A DNA stretch of 64,000 bases, taken from assembly GCA_051362555.1 (NCBI GenBank), contig CM120640.1:53360788-53424787 (forward strand), given 5' to 3'. Each line of letters starts with the position of its first letter. Within the stretch, counting starts at the first letter, position 1. Shown here piece by piece: positions 39,901 to 51,769 of the stretch. The translations under genes were made by a program, and so were the position numbers. Source of the stretch: Lingula anatina. Lineage: Eukaryota > Animalia > Brachiopoda. The notes beneath the pieces were generated by a model. That model did not search any database, was not told the origin of the DNA, and worked only from the letters and a program-made list of their open reading frames with translations.

Positions 39901-42900
39901 CACAAACACACACTTCTACTAATTGGTTGGTAAAATGTAAAGAAGGCGATAACTATTAGATGTCTATTAATAGCTATTTTCCAAAGTTAAATTATATGTA
40001 TAACTTGAAACCAATAAGTTTTGCCAATAGAAAGGTGTCATTACTTGTGCATTGGTTGGGTATATATGTGAAGTCTTTGAGAGCAATACTGGGAAGATCC
40101 AAGATGTTATTTATGTGTTTTGTTTGTTGGACAGAGGGTAGATGTATTTTGCATGCTTTTTCTCAAAACTTTAGAGGAAAAATCTGTCTACACTGCTTTT
40201 GCCTTTCTGAGATCTAATTACAAATATGTAGTAGTTGGTTTAAAATTAATCATATCACTAAGAATCTCAAAATGGCAAAATGATATAAACTTTTAGCATA
40301 TTCTTACTTATGATCCTTAAATCATGAAAATAATGTTGCTCGTGCAAAAGACCTGATTTTTTTATCAGTTTGGAACAATTTTACTGTTTGTAGAAAGTCA
40401 GGGGCAGATTTAGGCCGTCTTCTGGGTCTTCCGAAAGACAGTCAGATTTTCAAGTTTACATTGATGGGTATCTAATTTTTTCTGTCGGAAGACGGTCAAA
40501 ATATGGAGGATGGATCAACAAATATAATGTGGAAGACTGTCAGAAAATATCTCTGGATCCGCCCCTGAAAGTGACTGAAAGTTGCTATCTAGCAAACATA
40601 ACAAAGAGAGTACAACCTAAAATAAAGTAAGAGTAATCTAGTCTAACTGATTTGATTTTTTTCTGTGATGTCTATGAACTAAAGATTTGCAGTATTTATG
40701 AAGCTTAAAGTATTTGCTACAGCAGCTGAAGTGATATTTTGTTAAGGAAAATAGCCATAATTCTAAAGTTTAATCAATGATGTTTCAGAATCTTCTTCAG
40801 TCTCCTGAGCTCCTTACTGCTTGGACTGTAAGTGGTGTTGTTGTTATAGTATCTGTGTATCACATATACTATGATACGTCTTTCTCTTTTTCTGCTGCCT
40901 CAATTTAGATGTCATGGTGGTGGGCATATCTCGCTTGGTGACTTTATTTTGTGGTGTTTCTACACATGCATCACAAGTAAACCTAGGAAGATGCAGAGTG
41001 TATAAAGCTTATTGGGATTTTTTTTCCTCTCAGGGAAATGTTTGTTCTTTTCACAGTGTGTGCTTTGATAAGATAAGAAGCTGGTTATTTTTTATGGACA
41101 GACACATTGTGTCTGGACATTTATCGATCTCCTATCTCTGTCGCCACCATTACCATTGGTGTCTCTATGCACTTTCTTGAATTTTTGCTTGTAAACACAA
41201 TAAAAAAAAAACTAATTAGTACTGATTCTCAAGCTTGTAGGAATGAGTAATAGGACCATAGTACTGTAACAGCTTGAGTTTGAAATTCAACCTGATTGGA
41301 TCATAATTTCTTGAAGTTTGAGGTTTTTTATTGTGAATTTTTCCCAGATTGGTATTGTGACTTTGAATGCCTACATTAATAGCATTACATAATGTAATGT
41401 TGTATCTAAATTGTCAAATGCCTGATATTGTGCCCTTATTATTTTTATTTTATAAACATAAGAAAAGGCAAACTATGTAGACTTATATGAATGATTCTTA
41501 TGACTAATATACAGTTGGAGTTTTTTTTGTTGCAGGTATGTTTTTGATAAATTTGGTTTCACATTTACAGGACAAGTTTGGGCTTTTATAACTGGGCCTA
41601 AAATTTGTATATTGTGGTATTATTGTACCACCAGCGTTAGCGCTGGCGGTACACATGGTTTCGGTCTCGTCCGGATCGTTCCGCCGGCTCCGCCGGCTCC
41701 GCCGGCTCCGCCGGCTCCGTTGGCTCCGCCGGACGGCTACCGTTACCGCTTCTCCTCCTAGACGGTAAGGCCCCCCATACCCATCTCATGGATTTAGGTC
41801 ACCTATAATCTCAACTCGTTCCACGTAAAATTTGGGCTTTGTCGGTATTGGGGTCTGGGTGTGGCACTCATTGCAATGCACCCTTGTCCAAAAATGGCAA
41901 AATTAAATGCTAATTATCTACCCTACGGAAGGAGTTACGGGAAAAATTTCTACAGACGGCTTTCCAAAAGTCATATGTGTAGATTTCAAATATACCCTCG
42001 GATTTGACCTTTGACCTTTACTTCAAGGTCAAATGGGCCAAAATTTTCAAAAAAATGAAATTTTTTACGAAAAAAAAATTTTTGCCCTGTTATTCAGACA
42101 CCACACAGACTTAACCAATAATATTATTGGAAAGTGTTACCCTTCAGGTCATCTTTCATCTCCGTGAATTTGGGGTCAATCGGTGCATTTTCACAGGAGT
42201 AGCGGCCATAAGATACCGAAACTGAAAACTGTCTCTAATTCGGGAACCGTTAATGCTAGAGACCCATTCTTTTTTGCATTTTGTAGAGCATGTAAAGCCC
42301 AACACTGGAGGTGGTCTCGGTTTTTTTGTATTCCATACGGTTTTCGAGTTACGCTGTATCAAAAAGTACATATTGGTGGTGAAAGGAAAATGTACGGAAG
42401 CCCACTGGTGCCATATGTAGAAAAAAAAATTATCTCGAAATTTCGAGATACTATTTTGAAATTTGAACAAAAAAATTTACCACCAGCGTTAGCGCTGGCG
42501 GTACACATGGTTTCGGTCCCGTCCGGTCCGTTCCGCCGGCTCCGCCGCCATGTTACCGTTACCGCTTCTCCTCCTAGACGGTAAGGGCCCCCGTACCCAT
42601 CTCATGGATTTAGGTCACCTATAATCTCAACTCGTTCCACGTAAAGTTTGGGCTTTGTCGGTATTGGGGTCTGGGTGTGGCACTCATTGCAATGCACCCT
42701 TGTCTAAAAATGGCAAAATTAAATGCTAATTATCTACCCTACAGAAGGAGTTACGGGAAAAATTTCTATAGACGGCTTTCCAAAAGTCATATGTGTAGAT
42801 TTCAAATATACCCTCGGATTTGACCTTTGACCTTTACTTCAAGGTCAAATGGGTCAAAATTTTCAAAAAAATGAAATTTTTTACGAAAAAAAATTTTTTT

Positions 42901-45900
42901 GCCCTGTTATTCAGACGCCACACAGACTTAACCAATAATATTATTGGAAAGTGTTACCCTTCAGGTCATCTTTCATCTCCGTGAATTTGGGGTCAATCGG
43001 TGCATTTTCACAGGAGTAGCGGCCATAAGATACCGAAACTGAAAACTGTCTCTAATTCGGGAACCGTTAATGCTAGAGACCCATTCTTTTTTGCATTTTG
43101 TAGAGCATGTAAAGCCCAACACTGGAGGTGGTCTCGGTTTTTTTGTATTCCATACGGTTTTCGAGTTACGCTGTATCAGAAAGTACATATTGGTGGTGAA
43201 AGGAAAATGTACGGAAGCCGACTGGTGCCATATGTAGAAAAAAAAATTATCTCGAAATTTCGAGATACTATTTTGAAATTTGAACAAAAAAAATTTTTAT
43301 CTCGAAATTTCGAGATAGCATTTTGATATTTGAGCAAAAAAATTTATCTCGAAATTTCGAGATAGTATTTTGAAATTTGAACAAAAAAAATGCTATCTCG
43401 AAATTTCGAGATAATTTTTTTTTTCAACATATGGCACCAGTCGGCTTCCGTAAAAATGTGCAGTACGGTAATGGATAATAAATTTTGAACTCCGGAAAAA
43501 TAAAACATAATGCTTGGCAAAGCAGACAACTTGTGGTCAAAAATGACATTATTTTATCAAATTTAAACTTCTGCAACTTCAGAGAACCTCCCATTTCAAG
43601 AACTTTGACCAAAATGACCTTTTCTTTATTTTAATTAATTTTTTCTGTAGGAAATTTATGGCACATTATGGTAACTCCAAAATTATAACATTTAGTCCCT
43701 TATATCTCCAAAACTGGCAGAGATAGGTCCATAGTTACTATTGAAGTTGAATAGGAAGTCATATACTGGCAATCTTACTGTGACCTTGACATTGACCTTT
43801 GACCTACTTTTCACCATGAACTGAACTTTGCAAATTTTGCTTCCCTTTTATCTCCAAAACTGGCAGAGATAGGTCCATAGTTACTATTGAAGTTGAATAG
43901 GAAGTCATATACTGGCAATCTTACTGTGACCTTGAAATTGACCTTTGACCTACTTATCACCATGAACTGAACTTTGCAAATTTTGCTTCCCTTTTATCTC
44001 CAAAACTGGCAGAGATAGGTCCATAGTTACTATTGAACTTGAATAGGAAGTCATATACTGGCAATTTTACTGTGACCTTGAAATTGACCTTTGACCTACT
44101 TTTCACCTTGAACTGAACTTTGCAAAATTTGCTTCCCTTTTATCTCCAAAACTGGCAGAGATAGGTCCATAGTTACTATTGAACTTGCATAGGAAGTCAT
44201 ATACTGGCAATTTTACTGTGACCTTGAAATTGACCTTTGACCTTCTTTTCACCATGAACTGAACTTTGCAAATTTTGCTTCCCTTTTATCTCCAAAACTG
44301 GCAGAGATAGGTCCATAGTTACTATTGAAGTTGAATAGGAAGTCATATACTGGCAATCTAAATGTGACCTTGAAATTGACCTTTGACCTACTTTTCACCA
44401 TGAACTGAACTTTGCAAATTTTGCTTCCCTTTTATCTCCAAAACTGGCAGAGATAGGTCCATAGTTACTATTGAAGTTGAATAGGAAGTCATATACTGGC
44501 AATCTTACTGTGACCTTGAAATTGACCTTTGACCTACTTATCACCATGAACTGAACTTTGCAAATTTTGCTTCCCTTTTATCTCCAAAACTGGCAGAGAT
44601 AGGTCCATAGTTACTATTGAACTTGAATAGGAAGTCATATACTGGCAATTTTACTGTGACCTTGAAATTGACCTTTGACCTACTTTTCACCTTGAACTGA
44701 ACTTTGCAAAATTTGCTTCCCTTTTATCTCCAAAACTGGCAGAGATAGGTCCATAGTTACTATTGAACTTGCATAGGAAGTCATATACTGGCAATTTTAC
44801 TGTGACCTTGAAATTGACCTTTGACCTTCTTTTCACCATGAACTGAACTTTGCAAATTTTGCTTCCCTTTTATCTCCAAAACTGGCAGAGATAGGTCCAT
44901 AGTTACTATTGAAGTTGAATAGGAAGTCATATACTGGCAATCTAAATGTGACCTTGAAATTGACCTTTGACCTACTTTTCACCATGAACTGAACTTTGCA
45001 AATTTTGCTTCCCTTTTATCTCCAAAACTGGCAGAGATAGGTCCATAGTTACTATGGAAGTTGAATAGGAAGTCATATACTGGCAATCTTACTGTGACCT
45101 TGAAATTGACCTTTGACCTACTTTTCACCATGAACTGAACTTTGCAAATTTTGCTTCCCTTTTATCTCCAAAACTGGCAGAGATAGGTCCATAGTTACTA
45201 TTGAAGTTGGATAGGAAGTCATATACTGGCAATTTACTGTGACCTTGAAATTGACCTTTGACCTACCTTACAATGAACTTAACTTTGATTGCACCATTTT
45301 TAGTTATATATATTTTTTGCATATTTTGAAAATTCTTGTTGATTGCATTTTTACAGCTTGTCAAGCACAAGACTGGTGGCTGCACCCCTTATTTTGTGTA
45401 TGTGGGGGTCTATACGAATGCGCTTGCTCCAGCTGGTGGTACAATATTCGGAGGCGGTATCGCCTCTCTGATCCTCTAGTTTTGTCTATCTTTCATTTTT
45501 ACAGTGCCAAAGTTTGTCTGTCCATTTGCCAGCTTCAGCTGCTGGCTTGTTTAATATATGTTTGTTTGCTTGTTTGTTTGTTTTGGGGGTGATGGTATCC
45601 CTGGATAAACACCTTTTAGTTGTAGTTTTGGGAGTGAGGTGTCTTTTTGGATTTCGGTATGACACACAAAAAACATACACCTAAAAGAAAGTATAATTTC
45701 AAAGTATGGCCATGTATCATAATAACCTTATTGTTTCTATTTATTATAGTATAGATAATTAAAAATTGGGAAGTAAAAAATCTTTTTAGTCTGGGTATTC
45801 CTTTTTGTATATATCACATATATAGATTTGTATTAAAATTCTGATTATTTGCAAGAAAGAAATTATTTTTGTAATAATTATCATATTTTATTCATGTATG

Positions 45901-47591
45901 TACTAAGTATGTTAAGTGAATTGTAAACCAAATGCATATTGGCATGACTCAGCCAACCTTCTTTAAAGCAATTGGGATTTTACAACCAAACAAAAGTTTT
46001 TATTACCAATAGCCATAATGGTATTCTGCAGTAGTTTGTGGCAATAATTAGGTGCTGCAGGGTATTGAAAAAGCATGGGTTTGACATGTGAGGAAGATAT
46101 ATATGGCCACAGTGAATATATATTTGTGATAAGATTGCCAACTTGACACCTTACAGCAAGACTTCCTCCAGGGGATTAAACTGAGGTCTTTCGTCCCTGC
46201 AGAAATGTTTGAAATCATATTGATTTAGTGGCATATCTGTAAGCCACCATGGCACATGAAGATGTATATCAAGATATTTGCACAACTTCATTGCCAACAT
46301 TGGTGCAATTTGGCCTACAGCTGAAACTCTTTGGTAATCCACAGATGTGAAGCATGTTGAGGCCTGTGAAAGGGATGCCTGTCAGCAAATTGTATGTAAT
46401 ATACATGAGTGACTTAAGGCAGATGTTTTAGGATTTTCCAATTTTTATTTGTCTGTTTAGATAATGCTTAAATGAACATTGTGATGTTATGAGATAATGC
46501 TGTCACGCGCAACAAAATTATTCAATTCAAACTATTGATGTAAGAGCAAAGTATTTGGGGGTGAAAATATGTATCACCTCAACAGCTATCAACACTGTTG
46601 TAATACCTGTTTAATCACAACAAAAAGTACTACAGGTTGATAAGAAATTTTCTTGAAAGTTTTACTTTTTATTTTATCACTAAAAAAGTAAAATAATGCT
46701 TTTGTTTAGTGGAACATTGCAATTAGGAGCTCATAAACAAAAACATGTAAAACGTAACAATGGTGCCAAAATATACAAAGTTATGTAGATCACACCTGAT
46801 CATGTCATGTTAATTTCCATGATAATAGCTGGTAAATTTTGTCAGTTTTTATTCTGTGCTGGACTGCAGCCATAATTTCTGGCTCCTCTCTCCTCAAAAT
46901 CCCATAAAATCTTGTTTGATTTAATTATAATTAAATTGTGTGATTCTTATAAAACCACTATTGACATTCATGCTGTCTCAATGGGAGAAACTGTTTGTTT
47001 CAATTTGTATTCAAATAAACTTTTTGAAAGTTCAATGGTGCTTCAACTTTTACTCAGATGGTTGTAGAGGAAAGCCCTGTGAACAGATAGAACAGCACCT
47101 GGGGGAAGAAATTTTAGTGGCCATAGAAGGATTGATTAAATCTTAGTACTGATCTGTGATGGGGCCCTTGAGCAGATAACTAGTTGTCTGACCTGTCATA
47201 TGACCAGCCCATTGAGCCTCTGACAATGATGAAAATCAGTAGTACCAATCAAAATGTTAGATCATTGCTATGTTAGTATTGGATAAGTTTTTGCTCTTGT
47301 GTGGGTAGTGCACACATCTAAGCAACCAACGAGAGGTTTCTTTGCACCCCAACCCCAGGTATATTTAGAATCTTATAAAAATGTATGATTTCATGCTGTT
47401 ATCTGTACTAAAAAGCAAATGATGTGTTTTTCATGTATAAATTATTCAAATAGGATTGATACATTTGGCAGATTTTAATAAGCAGTACATAATATATTTG
47501 ATGCCCCTGTGTGTGGTGATGTCTATTAAGTTACACAATGTGTTTGAATCTTTAGAAGTAGCAGGGGCAAGTCCACAAACTATCAATCAAT

Positions 47592-47661
<70 letters not shown>

Positions 47662-50600
47662 GTAAAACAATTGATTATAGATTGAATAAAAACATATATT
47701 ATTTGACTAAGTCATTGTTACCAAAAAGATTTTGGAATATTAATTTGAAATATTAAATAACATGTTAAAGAAAATTTATTAAGTGCTATATGATACTGAA
47801 AATGAGTTGTGAATGTCTAACATACAGTCCTGATGTTAAAAACATGCAGGCCTGGGTTGACTAGTGATCAGGCAGTACCTTGCATGCGTTGGGATGCAGG
47901 TGTAGCAGTTGACATATAGCTTGATGCAACTGTGAGATGCCGTATGCATGTTTCTTCTTCAGGGTTTGAAGAGCCATGCAGTTACAATGTTTGAAGTGGG
48001 AAAACTCAACGATGAGTCACTGGACAGCTTCTTATCAGAACTAGATAAGGTAAATTTTTCTGTTTAAACTACATTGAATCAGTTTGAAGCTGCTTAAGTC
48101 ATGTGATAAACTGTGCATGCAAACACACAAAAAAGGCCAAGGAAGGAGAGAAATCAGGAATTTGTTTTAATTTCTTAAATTTAACATACTGCATCTGCTT
48201 TACCTTTGATTTATGGGTATTAAATTTTTCCAAGGTTAATGCATCAGCTGAAGGAGAAGCACAGAGGTACTTTGACCATGCAGTAACTTTGAGAGACACC
48301 ATCAAGTTTCTGAGGTACAACAAGGAGCTTTCCCCTGACCCAGAGTTTGGTAGTATGGGGCTGGACCTCATTAGATGTGAGAGCTTGTTAGGATTGGATC
48401 CAGGCACATGTTCAAGAGTTCTCAATAAAAATTACAGGTAATGGTAAATTTGTCAATGAATGGATTTTATTTTAATTCATTCACTGTACTCAAATATTAT
48501 CATAAAAACTAATGTTGTGTACTCATGAAAAGCACTTCAGAATCTGCTGGTTACTGATAGATCAAGTGTTAGCTATATATATACATTACATGGGTATGAT
48601 GTAGTAACCAGTACGGGAGGTCCTAGAAAAACACTAGTCCCATGCTTTGGATAGTTAAAACTGTTATAATTTTTGTAAATCTGGTAAAAGAATTAGATAT
48701 AATAATTAGATGTGATGTTATCTGAACAGAATGCATTCATTACTGTAAGTTGAATTTTATCATCTTAATTACATGACGTTATGGTAGAAAGTGCTTTTCA
48801 CTGCAGTTTGCTGGTTTCCATGGCACCACTGAGTAATGAAATCAGACCCATTAGTAGCTGCTCTCCTCAGCATATAGGGCCTGCTATCCCTGAGGTAGGT
48901 ACTGTCTTTTCCCTGTACCATATGTCAACAGAGACTCAATAATCTTTAATAGATGATGGGTAAAGAAAGTGTGTTTGTGTGACTTTCACATCACATGTTC
49001 TTATACATGTATGCAAGTGACTGTATCACATTTGAAAGCTTTTTGTTAATCGTATTCAAATGAAAAACAAAGCTAATTAACCCGAGGAATAAAAATTGGA
49101 AGATATTTGACAAGAACTTAATACATAGTTATTAAATAAGTTTTAGCTGTTTATCAAGTATAAAACGTTGAAAAGGAAAGTTTTCGATGATTTTTTCAAT
49201 GATTTTTGCAAAGGGAACTTGACATCACATTTTTTAAATTCAATTTCATAATTGAGTGATTGGCTTCAGTGTTTTGTTATTACTAAAATATCATTTTGTG
49301 GTTTTGTTGTGCCATGTCACATGAACTTTTCTCTCCCATTCTGATGCTATGATGACATGCAATTGTACTTCTATATTATTTGTATTTTACAGGTGAACTC
49401 TGTGTGGTTCAAACTGTTCCTGTACCACATCACTGGCTGTGGTCCACCTTCCTTGTTACTAGTTAAGGGAACCAGGTTGAAGAGGCTGCCTAAAGTTTTT
49501 CAGGTACTGATCTGTTTTTAACCTAGTGTAGATCAAACTTAGGAGAACAAAACCTTAATTTATATGGGGTGGGGGTGGGGTGCTTCTGGAATTAAAGCAT
49601 AAGGCTCTTCAACACGAAACTGATGAGAGTGAGGTCTGATTGATATTGACTGCTTTTTATAAAAATGGGATAATTGTACTTTATTGGCACAAACACCATT
49701 TTACCAAGGCTGTGTCCTACATATAATCTGGTTACCCAGAATGTTTAACCTTTTGGATGAACAAACCCAGAATAGACTGACCATACCAGGATAACAAGAT
49801 TGCTCTTTAGTACCAGTAGCCTCTGTGACTTTGTGATATTTTTAGACATGTGCAGTATACCTTAAATATTACAATTTAATGTTTATTAAAAGATAAATTC
49901 ATTTTAGGTGGTGAACCCAATGTGGTAGGAACCTTTTTTGATAATTAACTGAATTTGTACCCCAATGGCACATCAGTTTAGATATATACATGACACACTG
50001 AAAAGTCTTTGTTATTGAAATTTTCGCACCTTTACCAATACCTCAAACCAATACTGTATATTAGTTTTATAAACATGACAGCAATATTATATCTAGGAAT
50101 ACGACCGCCTGCTGGTGACCACATGGGGACATGATCCAGGGGTGCTTGCCACCTCTAACTTGCTTTTGACACTAAACGATGCCTTGACACACTCTGCTGT
50201 ACTGATACAGGTCAGTATATCCTTGTTGACCTTAGGTCATAGATACAGTTATTGTTATTATTATTTATGGCATTTTGAATACATTATTAGATATAAACAA
50301 ATTTTGCATGAGTGCTTCAAGTACCCTGTACAGTTGACTTCTTTTATAATTGCAGTTCAGGAAATATGGATTTTTATTTCATTTAAATGGTATGTTTTTA
50401 TTGAACAATTTCTCAGTGCCTTCTAAATAGATGTGTGACATTTGTTTCAGGCACATGGATGGCTGGATGAAGGAATGACTGTACATGTGCCTTTCCCATT
50501 GGAAAAGGAGGGTAAAAGAGGTAGGGTGAACAGCCTCTTACAGTTTGATTTTAGTGGTAAATAACATTGAAACTTAATGCCTTTTTGCAGTCTGTTTAAA

Positions 50601-51769
50601 TTTACATTTGAGGTTTGTCAGCATTGTTGCAAACAGTCTTTCAAAGGGACAATGCATGATCTTGTTCAATTCTTAATACAGGGCTGTTCAGTAAGGAGAA
50701 TGTAGAGGCTCACTTTGCTGTCCAAGAACTTGCTTCCAAAATAGACTTGTCACACTCTTGTGGATATGTCACACTCTTGAAAACTGGCAAACCAGAAAAA
50801 ACTGGTGCTGATTTAATGACACAGGCACAACATGTTGAACAGGATGGTCCAGAAAATGGAATCAAAGATTCTTCAGCAGCAGACACATTGGCTTTTGAAT
50901 TAGATTCTCTAGGAAATGAAAGTAGTGATACGAGGAAAGAAGAACAGCTTACATTGGATTTGAATGCTACTTTAGATGGTTCTAATACTGCAGAGCATTT
51001 TGGTGATGAAAATGATTGGATGATATTGGATTGTTGCTTTGGACTGCCATTGTTTGACTCACAAGTGAATAAAGATGTCTGCGCTAGAATAATAGAACAT
51101 GCAATATGTGATCAGAATAAGTAAGTACTTTTAAAGTCTTTGTTGTTTGTAGTTTATGATTATTGATGCACAATGGAAAACTACGGTTTTGACCAGGGAA
51201 AATATGCTTATTGCAAAATAAAAACAATTATGAATATTCAGAATAGTATCTTCAAATGTAGTTCTAGAAGATTTTGAAATTTTTCTTTGGATGCATCATA
51301 ACATGGGCTCTCTAGTCTTTTTTTATCTATTTTTTTTTTTTTTTCAGTTTAACCCAGTTGTTGCATTCCAGCAGAAAACTGAGCCTGCAGTTACTGTCTT
51401 TTATCAATGATTACCAGGTAAAATGCATATTCTCTATCATTATATGATTCTTGAAAATTGTTTTAACACCAGAAATATATTTAATAGGAAATAAATTTCA
51501 TGTTTTCTAATTGAAGAAAATTATTTTATATTATATCTCACAAATGCTTTTTTTGTGATGGATAAGTATCGATAGTTGTACAGTGTGGAATCATGGACCT
51601 ACTGCCAATGTTTTATATAATTGTTAATTATTTTTGTGATTTCAAGGACTCCTTAACAGACAATGGAGACAGTGGGTTAACAAAACAAGAACATTCTCCA
51701 GTTCCTCAACCAACAAACTGTCTTCTCTTCCTTGATGGAAATTTGAGCACATGGGAACTTGGCCAATGA
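28326..51769 (+). CDS. FAM91A1: FAM91A1 (WDR11-FAM91A1 trans-Golgi vesicle-tethering complex subunit), 21 coding exons, ~821 aa
   Basis: Exons: 28326-28397, 35294-35378, 35590-35799, 36075-36142, 36265-36378, 36604-36694, 37112-37174, 37409-37515, 38133-38171, 38409-38515, 38879-38985, 39332-39429, 47963-48049, 48235-48437, 48807-48894, 49393-49503, 50097-50210, 50451-50520, 50682-51120, 51348-51417, 51647-51769 (TGA); total 2466 nt. The peptides [74 protein letters not shown] and [11 protein letters not shown] match known FAM91A1. Confidence 0.96.
29301..29351. repeat. (TG)n microsatellite left of the CACTA-like element
   Basis: Direct reading; a matching (TG)n run at 33933-33976 flanks the right end. 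Confidence 0.9.
29963..30174. mobile_element. PIF/Harbinger-like MITE nested in the CACTA-like element
   Basis: CCCTTTACACTGGGGCGGCGTCCTTTGTGCG pairs with CGCAGAAAGGACGCCGTCCAGTGTAAAGGG; flanked by TAA and TTA. Confidence 0.55.
30290..32860 (+). repeat. Complex tandem repeat array (~155-165-bp subunits in ~570-810-bp higher-order blocks)
   Basis: GTAACACTGTAAGCACATTTCA..GGAGAACC..ATGAAACTCACAGAACTGATGATTATTAGTAAAAG recurs. The block marker TAGTTGATTATATAAA appears at about 30746, 31555, 32211 and 32786. Confidence 0.9.
34635..35251 (+). mobile_element. Kolobok-like MITE (longer family member)
   Basis: TTAA|AGTCATAATAACTCTTTC ... GGAAGAGTTATTATTGCT|TTAA, with a TTAA TSD. The left arm is homologous to the 26116 and 59042 copies. 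Confidence 0.7.
40399..40567. mobile_element. Short MITE with CAGGGGC(G/A)GAT termini (hAT-like)
   Basis: CAGGGGCAGAT ... ATCCGCCCCTG, with AAAGT repeated on both flanks. Confidence 0.6.
43210..43452. mobile_element. IS3EU-type non-autonomous MITE nested in HINE copy 2 (partial second copy at 42393-42477)
   Basis: Perfect 26-bp TIRs TACGGAAGCCGACTGGTGCCATATGT / ACATATGGCACCAGTCGGCTTCCGTA, and a 6-bp TSD AAAATG (43204-43209, 43453-43458). The empty site with a single AAAATG is at ~4793 in HINE copy 1. TAY..RTA termini with a 6-bp TSD are the described IS3EU signature. Confidence 0.8.
43700..45290 (+). repeat. 146-bp tandem repeat array (11 units) inside HINE copy 2
   Basis: GATAGGTCC recurs every 146 bp from 43722 to 45182. 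A 4-unit (584-bp) block of variants is duplicated. Confidence 0.95.
47594..47660. repeat. (TA)n microsatellite
   Basis: Direct reading. Confidence 0.95.

Larger units (their letters stand above)
41621..45479 (+). mobile_element. HINE/Helentron-associated element copy 2 in FAM91A1 intron 12: 3'-truncated unit (41621-42477) fused to a full unit (42478-45479)
   Basis: Same 5' subTIR hairpin, CCGGCTCCG microsatellite, body, 146-bp array and 3' end (CTGGTGGTACAAT..GAGGCGGTATCGCCTC..CTAG) as 4035-6821. The 5' ~850 bp occurs twice in tandem. Confidence 0.88.

Noticed and set aside
42156-43612. Repeated ORFs ([24 protein letters not shown]..) inside the HINE body
   Set aside because: They have no Rep/helicase or transposase motifs, and their lengths and stops vary between copies.
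43700-45290. Regular repeat array that could be taken for a CRISPR array
   Set aside because: Whole 146-bp units repeat with no unique spacers, there are no cas genes, and the context is a eukaryotic intron.
46150-46345. Minus-strand ORF and possible ribozyme- or snoRNA-like motifs in the large FAM91A1 intron
   Set aside because: No recognisable protein motif, no complete hammerhead core (CUGANGA...GAAA with three stems), and no convincing C/D box pair with a terminal stem.
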